Source of the DNA: an uncultured bacterium
Lineage (GTDB): Bacteria > Patescibacteriota > Minisyncoccia > UBA6257 > 2-01-FULL-56-20
Assembly (NCBI GenBank): GCA_963725235.1
Contig: CAVRXN010000003.1
Span: 75,204 to 139,203 of the forward strand
Length of the DNA stretch: 64,000 bases
Reading direction: 5' to 3'
Below are positions 1 through 7,217 of the stretch, in pieces; within the stretch, counting starts at the first letter, position 1; each line of letters begins with the position of its first letter. The position numbers and the translations under genes are program-made. The notes under the pieces are model-generated. The model worked only from the letters and a program-made list of their open reading frames with translations. It was not told the DNA's origin and did not search any database.

Positions 1-245
1 TGCGACCTATACGTTTTGCAACTGATTTTTGGTAATTTCGTACACAATCTCCCTATTTTATTTTCAAAGAACAAAAACCGCCCGAGAGGGCAGGTTTCGA
101 AGACTTTGAAAATTCAAAGCCTCCCCTCTCAGTTGCGGAGAATAGAGAGGGAAGCAAAAAAGCTTGACCAGGTGGCGATGTGATTGTTCAAAAGCATGAC
201 TGCATTATACAACTGCCCTTATGAAAGTCAAAGAGTTCGGCCTTT

Positions 246-1385
246 TTACAAAATCGCGGCAGCCGCGAGTGCGTGTTGGTTAAGAACGATGAGCAAACCG
301 ACGACGAGGATAACGAGCATGCCGCCAAAGATGACTTGCGCATGCTGGATACGAATTTTTACGAAAATATTGATGCCAAGCGCGAGCGCAAACAGCGTAA
401 TGGTCGCAAGATAAATATAGTCGACGAGTTGGCGTGGATCGGAAGCGGCCCGCTGGATGGGATTCGATTCCGCCGGAACGACGGTTCCAACACCCGGTCC
501 GCCGTCACTCGGTCCAACCGTGCCTGCACCGACGCCCGCGAGCGCTGTCGTCGAAACAGTAGAAGTCGCCGATGAGCTCGCTATCGCAACAGTTGATGTT
601 TCAATACCGGCCATAGAAACGAACGCCGGATTCGAACTTGCCACAATGAGATCGCTCGAGGCAGTGACTGTCGATGTCGACTGTTTCGCTGGCGCGGTTT
701 TCGCCTTCACCGGCGCGGGCGTCGCCGCTGGCGCTGGCGTAACCACAGCCTGATCCCCTTCAGCGGCCGCAGTATTGATCAAACCGAGTGGCGCTTCAGC
801 CGGCGGCGCTGGCGGCACCGGTGCTCCAAATTCCTCGACAACATAAACCGCCGGATGGCCTTCGTAGGTTCCGGTCGCCGTCGCCATACCGATCTGCGTG
901 AAATTCGGATTTAAAATATTCTCGCGATGCTCCGTCGAATTCATCCACGCGTTCGTAACGTCCTGCGAATCAGTAAAGTTAACCGCCAAATTTTCGCCGG
1001 CGTAGGTGAAGCCGTAACCAACCTGCTCGAACCAATACCACGGCGACAAACCCGACGGACTCGTGTGCGCAAAATAATTATTCGCCACCATATCATTGGC
1101 CTTGTCCTGCGCGACCTCGTCGAGCAGCGGACTCTCAGTCAGCGTCGGCACATTATTCGTCACGCGGCTCTGGTTCGTTTCGTCAACGAGTGCATTCGCC
1201 AAAATAATTCCGTAAAGCCGCGAGTTCGGCACGAGCTGCGTCGAGCCAAACCAGAACGCGCCCTCGATCGCAAGCGCGACAACCAAGACGAACACGACAC
1301 TCCGCGCCCGCAAAATCTGCGGCTTATGGTCGTTCTCTTCGTGCGGCACGAAGTATTTCCTGAGCGTCTTTCGCACCCGCTTCAT
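246..1385 (-). CDS. CAP/SCP/PR-1-like domain protein, membrane anchored
   Basis: 379-aa ORF with an N-terminal TM helix. CAP-domain motifs are present (NYFAHTSPSG, YAGENLAVNF, AWMNSTEHRENIL). A Pro/Ala/Thr/Ser-rich linker and C-terminal TM helices follow. Confidence 0.7.
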   Translation of the reverse strand: MKRVRKTLRKYFVPHEENDHKPQILRARSVVFVLVVALAIEGAFWFGSTQLVPNSRLYGIILANALVDETNQSRVTNNVPTLTESPLLDEVAQDKANDMVANNYFAHTSPSGLSPWYWFEQVGYGFTYAGENLAVNFTDSQDVTNAWMNSTEHRENILNPNFTQIGMATATGTYEGHPAVYVVEEFGAPVPPAPPAEAPLGLINTAAAEGDQAVVTPAPAATPAPVKAKTAPAKQSTSTVTASSDLIVASSNPAFVSMAGIETSTVAIASSSATSTVSTTALAGVGAGTVGPSDGGPGVGTVVPAESNPIQRAASDPRQLVDYIYLATITLFALALGINIFVKIRIQHAQVIFGGMLVILVVGLLIVLNQHALAAAAIL

Positions 1386-1438
1386 GCAATAGTTATATCA
1401 CATCTTGCGGGAAAATGCAAATAGCGCCTAAATCGATT

Positions 1439-1864
1439 TCATTTCCTTGATCGCAGTTCAATCTGCTCTTTCACCAGATCAAACTGAATAATAAACAAAT
1501 CGAAAAATCCAAGCTGGCCGAGAACAGCATAGTTGATCCGCTGCGGCGCGTAAGAGAAACTGACAATCGTATGGTAGTAGAATTCTCCGATCTTCAATGT
1601 GATTCGATGTAAAAACGTTTCCTCTAAAGCTCCTGTTTGAAGATTGGTCGAGAAGCCCTGTTCACCCGAACGCACATCAATACCCAGTTGCTCGCCGATA
1701 TCGGCAGGGAAAATACAGACATCTGCACCCGAATCGATAATGGCATCACACGGCACAAACTGCCCGTCACGACCCAAGAAAACTTCAATAACTGGCCGAG
1801 GCACAAGGAGACCCAACAATTCAGATTTCTTTTGAAAAGTGTACTTGCGATAGTGGAATTTCAT
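1439..1864 (-). CDS. retropepsin-like (clan AA) aspartic protease
   Basis: 141-aa ORF with the active-site-like motif IIDSGADVCIF. Size is typical of single-domain retropepsin-like proteases. Confidence 0.6.
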   Translation of the reverse strand: MKFHYRKYTFQKKSELLGLLVPRPVIEVFLGRDGQFVPCDAIIDSGADVCIFPADIGEQLGIDVRSGEQGFSTNLQTGALEETFLHRITLKIGEFYYHTIVSFSYAPQRINYAVLGQLGFFDLFIIQFDLVKEQIELRSRK

Positions 1865-2072
1865 ACCCGCCGCCTATGAACAGCGTGTCTTCCAACGGAA
1901 CGCAATACACTTGGGCATCGGGATAGCCATTTTTCTTGGCATTTTCCTCGGCTTCTGAAAACCTTTTAGCAACCGCAACCACCGTCACTCGATCTCCGGG
2001 CTTCTTTTCGAGTACAGCTACGCAAAATCCGCGATATTTTGTGCACATATCCGTCCAACTGATTGCTGTCAT
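1821..2072 (-). CDS. small hypothetical protein paired with the aspartic protease
   Basis: 83-aa ORF whose 3' end overlaps the protease start by 44 nt, suggesting translational coupling. No motif recognised with certainty. Confidence 0.4.
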   Translation of the reverse strand: MTAISWTDMCTKYRGFCVAVLEKKPGDRVTVVAVAKRFSEAEENAKKNGYPDAQVYCVPLEDTLFIGGGYEIPLSQVHFSKEI

Positions 2073-2165
2073 AGTTATATGATAACATTTTTTGACCTTT
2101 CCTCAACTTTACGCGTGAGGAAAATCAAAGACAAACTTTGTTTTATCTTTTTTTAATCTTTGAAA

Positions 2166-2192
2166 CAAAAAATCCCCTTTCGGGGATTTTTT
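2166..2192. terminator. bidirectional intrinsic terminator
   Basis: AAAAAATCCCC-TTTC-GGGGATTTTTT hairpin flanked by A- and T-runs, 30 nt downstream of the 1294-aa gene. Confidence 0.7.
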
Positions 2193-2221
2193 GTTGCGAT
2201 ATTCGCGCCCGCCGTAGAAAA

Positions 2222-5200
2222 CTACGGCAGCTGCGGAATCGGAAGATTGAGCGACGAGCACATGATCAAGTTGATCCAGCGCTGGGTCGTCTTATAGACA
2301 TACTCCGTCGGCGTATACTCCGTCGGTAAGCCATAATTCAACCATGGCCGAAGCACTTCAATGTGGTACTTCACCTGGAACTGATCCACTGCCGCGATAG
2401 TCTCTGGACCATAGTAGCCGGTAATCGGTAAGGTTGTTCCCAAATTCATGTTCAAGAACGTCTGCAATTTATCCACTTCCGCAGGACTGTTGAGGTCTTT
2501 GCGAATCGGATGGATATACTGGTCGAGATAGATGCCGCAGCTCGCCGATGCGCCGAGGACTTGGCCTCCGCCATTTCCTCCGCCACCGCCTGAGCCACCG
2601 CCTCCACCGACCGTCGTACTGCCTCCACCACCCCCTCCGCCTCCACCGCCACCTCCACCGTTCGAACCGCCAACCGTAATGGTCGCGCTCGCGGTATTGT
2701 TACCGGAAAGCGGATCATTTACCAATGCTGTATTCTCGCCAACCGTCGCGGTGTTCGTGATGACATCGCCGATCGGATCGGATGAGTTAACGGTCGCCGT
2801 AATGACGAGCGTCGGGTTTGCATTCGGAGCAACATTGCCGAGCGTCCACGTTCCCGTGGTGCTGGCATATGTTCCCGCCGAAGAGCTCGCCGAAACAAAG
2901 GTCACGCCAGCAGGTAAGGTATCGGTCGCCACTACGCCCAGTGAAGAGTTCGGGCCGATGGCCTGAATCGTCAATGTGTAATGGATCGTATCGCCAGGAT
3001 TCGGTGTCGCGTTATCTACTGACTTCGTAATGCCAAGTTCGGCAGTCGGGAATCCACCGCCCCCACCTCCACCGCCCCCACCACCGCCTCCGCCGCCACA
3101 ATTGCTCGTGCAAGGCGCCGGCTGGACATTGATGGAAACAGAAGAAGAAGTGACCGAGAGATTCGTCTTGACGAGCGAACTCAGCTGCGAAACCGTAGCC
3201 GTGTTCGTAATCGTCTGGCCGTCATACGCAGAACTTACCGTCGCCGCGAGAGTTAACGTCGCCGTTGCATTCGGTGAGAGTGTTCCGATTGTCCAGTTAC
3301 CTGATGACATATCGTACATGACTCCATCCGAAGTCGTGGCGGAAACTAAGCTCAAGCCCAAGGGTAATTGATCCTGCACGTTAACGAACGTCGAAGTCGC
3401 CGGACCAAGCGCGGTAACGGTAACCGTATAGTTTACCGTATCGCCGCCGGCCGGATTCGCGTTATCAACGGTCTTTGCGATCGTGATATCCGCGTCGGTT
3501 GACGGGGTCGTTGTCGTCGTCGATGACGCGAGAGTGAAAATCACTGAACACGTCATGTTCGCCGAAAGCGTTCCCGAACAACCGCTCGACGTCGCCACCG
3601 AATAATTCGGCGCGGTCGTCGTCGCCGTCAACGCATACCGATCATTCGTCGGAAGGACGAAGGTCGAGCTGCCATTGCCGATCGAGGTTGCCTGCGTCGT
3701 TGACGCAGTCGGACCAAGGTCCGCAACCGAAATCGCAGCCGTGTCGCTCGCGTTCAAGCCGCTAACGTTTACCATCAGCGTGCTCGTCGCAGGCGTTGGC
3801 GTACCACTACCACCGCCACAATTCGACGTACAACCCGTCGTCTGCACCGTAATCGGCACCGAAGAAGAGTTGTTGCCCAAATTGTTATCGGAGGAAGAAG
3901 CTGATTCGCCAACGATCGCCGTGTTCGTGATCACTTGTCCGACCGTGTCGGACGAGTTGACGAGCGCCGCGATATTCAACGTTGCCGTCGAACTGGCCGA
4001 CAGATCGCCGATCGTCCACGTTCCCGTGGTCGTTGCATAACTGCCAACCGATGCCGTTGCATTCTCGAACGTAAGTCCGGAAGGCAACGTATCGGTCGCA
4101 ACAACGCCGGTCGACGTCGCCGGGCCAAGAGCTGAAACTGTTAACGTATAGTTAACCGTATCGCCTACGACCGGCGTCGAATTGTCAACTGTCTTCGTGA
4201 TCGAAAGATCAGCCGAAGGAGTCGAGGTCGAAACGCCCGTACACAACGGAGCTGAACTAAATGCATACTTGAGTACAAACGGGACGTTCGGATACCCATA
4301 CGGATTGCTCTCCAACAGCGTCGCCGGAGCTTCGCCGTAATAGGCATCGACTTGCGCCATGCATGATGGCAAAGCGACCGTCAACGTCTGTGTCGAACTC
4401 GCCGCAACCGAAGATGATGCCACGCTGAAGAGTTGTTGGCTGGAAAGCCAATTGGCAGCTCCTCGCGGAACAAACATTTTGTAGGCAGCCAAGCTGATCG
4501 GCGCCGTACAGCTCGTGTGGTTCGTCAACGTGAATGATGCCGTGGTTGAAGCCAACGAAACATTCGCAAAGCTGATCGAACCGCTCGCAACCGCCGCCTC
4601 AAAAGCGCTCGCGGAAAGCGTGCACGGAGTCGAAGTCGGCGTGGTCGTCGCCGTCGTTCCCAAGAATTGGTTGAGGACGACGAGCGTGCGATCGGGGCGC
4701 GTCGTAAGAAGTTGGATGTCGCCATCCGCATTCAAGTTGCGCGCCGCATCGTTCGACGAAGTGCTATCGAACAGCTGTCCACTGTACGAATAAACATCCG
4801 AAGTCGTGCTCGCAGCGATCGTATCCTGGTCATTATACTGCGGCGTCGCCCATTCGCTCGAAGAGCTCGTGATCGATTCCTGCCCATAGTAATAATGCCC
4901 AATCGCGAGATTGCTGTATGTCATACACTGCGCGTTATTCGTCGAAGAGCCAAACAGTTTGGCATTAAACGCCAACGGTGTGGTGAACGTACTTGTCGGA
5001 AGCGTACCGATAGCGAGCGGTGTCGAAGATGGTACCGAAGAAATTCCCGGGACCATAAAGGTATTCCCCGGAAATGCCGATCCATCAACGATCGTGCCAC
5101 TCGCGTTTTCGATCACTTTGCAAATTGTGATCGAACCGTTATTCACGGGTGGTACGTTTGGCTGCACGGTAATCGAAACGCTCGATGAATTATTCGAAAG

Positions 5201-6106
5201 ATTCGAATCAGTCGTCGAAGCGCTTTCCGCCACCGTCGCGGTATTCGTGATCGTCGTACTCGCAGTTCCGGAGTTAACCGTTGCCGCGATATCGAGGATC
5301 GCTTTCGAACTGACGCCCAAATCGCCGATCGTCCACACGCCAGTCGAACTAACGTACGAACCATCAGTCGAAGTCGCCGAAACGAACGTAACGCCCGAGG
5401 GCAAAACATCCGTCGCAACAACGCCAGTCGAAGTCGCCGGGCCGAGAGCTGAAACTGTTAACGTGTAGTTAACCGTTTCACCAACAGACGGCGTAGAATC
5501 ATCGACCGTTTTCACGATCGAAATATCCGCAGACGAAATCGTCGATGTCGGCGTCGACGTAGACATCTGGCAAAGATGGCCCGACGTAAATGTCGAGTCA
5601 ATCAGATAAGGCACCGTCAATACATCCGACGGCGTAACCGCATCGCTCCCGAATGAGAGCGGCGCATTCCCGTACCAGACATCAACCTGCGCTTTGCACG
5701 AAGGCAGTGCGACGGAAAATTCCTGATGGCTATCCGGAGCAATCAAAGAAGATGTCGCGTCGACAATCTGCTGAGTTGAAAGCCAACCGGCAGACGGCTG
5801 ATCGATGAAAATCTTATACGATGACATGCTGACCGGAACGCTGCATTGTGTAGTATTATTCACCCGAAACTTGGCAATGCCAGGATTCGAAAGATTAATG
5901 CCAGTAATGCCAAACGTAATCGAACCGTTCTGGACCGCAGCAACGTAATCGGAAACCGACAGCGTGCACGGCGCGACCGTCGTCGAGGTCGTCGACGTCG
6001 CAGTCGATGTCGCATCAGCGTGCGCAAGCGGCACCATGCCACCCGCCGCAACCGCAATTGCGAGACCAACAAAAACTAAAACTAGCCCAAAGTAAAACTT
6101 TTTCAT
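2222..6106 (-). CDS. giant secreted surface protein with DUF11 repeats, poly-Gly linkers and a C-terminal peptidoglycan-binding domain
   Basis: 1294-aa ORF with a signal peptide (MKKFYFGLVLVFVGLAIAVAA). At least four DUF11-type repeats (VNYTLTV.ALGPATSTGVVATD.LPSG.TFVSA...G.WTIG.L...NNSSSV.ITVQ). A duplicated Cys-containing N-terminal module (CTLSVSDYVAAVQNGSITF / CTLSASAFEAAVASGSISF). C-terminal PG_binding_1-like motif (GYYGPETIAAVDQFQ). Confidence 0.85.
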   Translation of the reverse strand: MKKFYFGLVLVFVGLAIAVAAGGMVPLAHADATSTATSTTSTTVAPCTLSVSDYVAAVQNGSITFGITGINLSNPGIAKFRVNNTTQCSVPVSMSSYKIFIDQPSAGWLSTQQIVDATSSLIAPDSHQEFSVALPSCKAQVDVWYGNAPLSFGSDAVTPSDVLTVPYLIDSTFTSGHLCQMSTSTPTSTISSADISIVKTVDDSTPSVGETVNYTLTVSALGPATSTGVVATDVLPSGVTFVSATSTDGSYVSSTGVWTIGDLGVSSKAILDIAATVNSGTASTTITNTATVAESASTTDSNLSNNSSSVSITVQPNVPPVNNGSITICKVIENASGTIVDGSAFPGNTFMVPGISSVPSSTPLAIGTLPTSTFTTPLAFNAKLFGSSTNNAQCMTYSNLAIGHYYYGQESITSSSSEWATPQYNDQDTIAASTTSDVYSYSGQLFDSTSSNDAARNLNADGDIQLLTTRPDRTLVVLNQFLGTTATTTPTSTPCTLSASAFEAAVASGSISFANVSLASTTASFTLTNHTSCTAPISLAAYKMFVPRGAANWLSSQQLFSVASSSVAASSTQTLTVALPSCMAQVDAYYGEAPATLLESNPYGYPNVPFVLKYAFSSAPLCTGVSTSTPSADLSITKTVDNSTPVVGDTVNYTLTVSALGPATSTGVVATDTLPSGLTFENATASVGSYATTTGTWTIGDLSASSTATLNIAALVNSSDTVGQVITNTAIVGESASSSDNNLGNNSSSVPITVQTTGCTSNCGGGSGTPTPATSTLMVNVSGLNASDTAAISVADLGPTASTTQATSIGNGSSTFVLPTNDRYALTATTTAPNYSVATSSGCSGTLSANMTCSVIFTLASSTTTTTPSTDADITIAKTVDNANPAGGDTVNYTVTVTALGPATSTFVNVQDQLPLGLSLVSATTSDGVMYDMSSGNWTIGTLSPNATATLTLAATVSSAYDGQTITNTATVSQLSSLVKTNLSVTSSSVSINVQPAPCTSNCGGGGGGGGGGGGGGGFPTAELGITKSVDNATPNPGDTIHYTLTIQAIGPNSSLGVVATDTLPAGVTFVSASSSAGTYASTTGTWTLGNVAPNANPTLVITATVNSSDPIGDVITNTATVGENTALVNDPLSGNNTASATITVGGSNGGGGGGGGGGGGGSTTVGGGGGSGGGGGNGGGQVLGASASCGIYLDQYIHPIRKDLNSPAEVDKLQTFLNMNLGTTLPITGYYGPETIAAVDQFQVKYHIEVLRPWLNYGLPTEYTPTEYVYKTTQRWINLIMCSSLNLPIPQLP
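2563..2672 (-). repeat. low-complexity Gly-coding tract (GGN repeats)
   Basis: Encodes GGSNGGGGGGGGGGGGGSTTVGGGGGSGGGGGNGGG inside the giant ORF. Appears as a poly-Pro shadow ORF on the + strand. Confidence 0.85.
3054..3098 (-). repeat. low-complexity Gly15-coding tract
   Basis: Encodes CGGGGGGGGGGGGGGGF between two DUF11 repeats. Confidence 0.85.
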
Positions 6107-6309
6107 TATTTTCTTATATTTATTTTTCGGCCTTTTAAACTATTTAATTGTTAAAAGGACCCAAAAATATGGTTTTCAAGGAGCTAAAATACCCCCTTCT
6201 TTTACCACGAATGGCGGAAAATAGCAAGGGCTACGAATCGACAATACCTCACAATGCTAAATACCGTATTGCACAAAAAATTATTACGATTACAATGAAT
6301 CCATCGTTC

Positions 6310-6380
6310 GCGGGTATGGTTCAGTGGTAGAACGCGACCTTCCCAAGGTTGAGATAGGGGTCCGATTCCCCTTACCCGCT
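6310..6380 (+). tRNA. tRNA-Gly (anticodon CCC)
   Basis: 71-nt cloverleaf read by hand: acceptor GCGGGTA/TACCCGC, D arm GTTC-AGTGGTA-GAAC, anticodon loop TTCCCAA, T arm AGGGG-TCCGATT-CCCCT. No encoded CCA. Confidence 0.9.
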
Positions 6381-6383
6381 CAT

Positions 6384-6459
6384 CCAAAAGAAAAGCTGCA
6401 GGAAAAAGACGAAGAGGCATCAGAATGCATTCGCCTTTTTCCTGCAGCTTTTCTTTTGG
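6384..6459. repeat. perfect 25-bp inverted repeat with a 26-nt loop
   Basis: CCAAAAGAAAAGCTGCAGGAAAAAG (6384-6408) is exactly complementary to CTTTTTCCTGCAGCTTTTCTTTTGG (6435-6459). Starts 4 nt after the tRNA-Gly gene. Confidence 0.9.
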
Positions 6460-6498
6460 ACTCAGTTGGATGACGGGAATCGGACAAGGAAAGGGGTC

Positions 6499-6593
6499 GG
6501 GGAAACGATAGTTTCCCCGTGTAGGAGGGTCGCGCATTCCGCGCGACAGTGCGGAACCGAGGGTTCCGCAGGAGCGAAGCCGGTCTCACCGGC
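6499..6593. other. block of four consecutive perfect GC-rich hairpins (possible structured RNA or element remnant)
   Basis: GGGGAAAC-GATA-GTTTCCCC (6499-6518). GTCGCGC-ATTCC-GCGCGAC (6529-6547). GCGGAACC-GAG-GGTTCCGC (6551-6569). GCCGGT-CTC-ACCGGC (6579-6593). Confidence 0.5.
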
Positions 6594-6602
6594 GAAGCGA
6601 CG

Positions 6603-6624
6603 TCTGATTCCCCTTACCCGCTCA
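6603..6624 (+). repeat. direct repeat of the tRNA-Gly 3' end (att-like)
   Basis: TCTGATTCCCCTTACCCGCTCA matches TCCGATTCCCCTTACCCGCTCA at 6361-6382 in 21 of 22 positions. It lacks the 5' T-stem partner, so it is a fragment and not a second tRNA. Confidence 0.85.
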
Positions 6625-6726
6625 GATGATCAAGAAATATTGAGATAAAATATTTAATTTGATTTTTGTTTGACTAAGTCAATTTGAAGTGATAATCTAC
6701 CAAACGGCACAGAAAGGAATTAAGTT

Positions 6727-6969
6727 ATGAGTATCACAAAGCAAGATGAAGTGACATTCGGAGAAATCCAGAAGGGTTCCAAATTTGTGCTGCCAGATCC
6801 TCTGCCACCTGACTGCGGTAAATTCATGGCATATTGGGTCTATGAAAAGGCGCTGCCCACGCACGCCATTATCATCGGCGTCAAGCCTAACGCTCCCCGA
6901 TCAGCACAGCAATGCATTGGTGAACATCGCTTCTTCCAACTGGATACTGAAGTGATCCTTCAAGGATAA
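6727..6969 (+). CDS. hypothetical protein (80 aa)
   Basis: ORF with RBS-like AAAGGAA upstream, a TTGACT...TAATCT promoter-like pair, and a GC hairpin plus T-run downstream (about 7010-7045). No homology recognised. Confidence 0.5.
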   Translation: MSITKQDEVTFGEIQKGSKFVLPDPLPPDCGKFMAYWVYEKALPTHAIIIGVKPNAPRSAQQCIGEHRFFQLDTEVILQG

Positions 6970-7137
6970 TCGAAATCTGGAAAGAATGGAGAAATAATTA
7001 AGCCGATCACGGCGGCCTGCCCAACCAGCGGCCGCCTTTTTTATTTTCGATGTACCTAACGAAACGCCTGCAAGCAAAAAGAGCGCCCCGGTCGGAACTG
7101 GGCGGCTCTTCGCCTTTTTCTTATTATCGATATTGTT

Positions 7138-7217
7138 CCGGCAAGAGAGAAGGTAGCAAAAAAACCGAGTCGGTTCTGACCGCTTCTCGGTTTTTTTGCT
7201 ACCTTCTCTTTTGCCGG
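7138..7217. terminator. dispersed hairpin element, copy 1 (long-stem bidirectional terminator abutting the fusA stop)
   Basis: Core A7-CCGAGTCGGTTCTGACCGCTTCTCGG-T7 (7158-7197). It is flanked by 20-nt complementary arms CCGGCAAGAGAGAAGGTAGC / GCTACCTTCTCTTTTGCCGG. Confidence 0.8.

Noticed and set aside
2563-3098. Short periodic GGC/GGT/GGA repeats that might be mistaken for a repeat array or CRISPR
   Set aside because: They are in-frame glycine codons inside a long ORF, with no spacer structure. No CRISPR-like repeat-spacer array was seen anywhere in the window.
2532-3371. Poly-proline ORFs (144 aa and 113 aa) on the + strand
   Set aside because: They are the antisense reading of the Gly-coding GGN tracts of the 1294-aa gene and lie entirely within it.
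6202-6537. 111-aa minus-strand ORF across the tRNA-Gly region
   Set aside because: It overlaps the tRNA gene and the perfect 25-bp palindrome, and it has no RBS. The region is better explained as RNA or repeat sequence.
6465-6624. Possibility that the hairpin block plus the tRNA-like 3' end is a tmRNA, SRP RNA or RNase P RNA
   Set aside because: There is no 5' strand to pair with TACCCGC and no T-stem partner, so there is no tRNA-like domain. There is no tag reading frame, no SRP GGAA/AGCA domain-IV motifs and no RNase P GAGGAAAGUCC-type motif.
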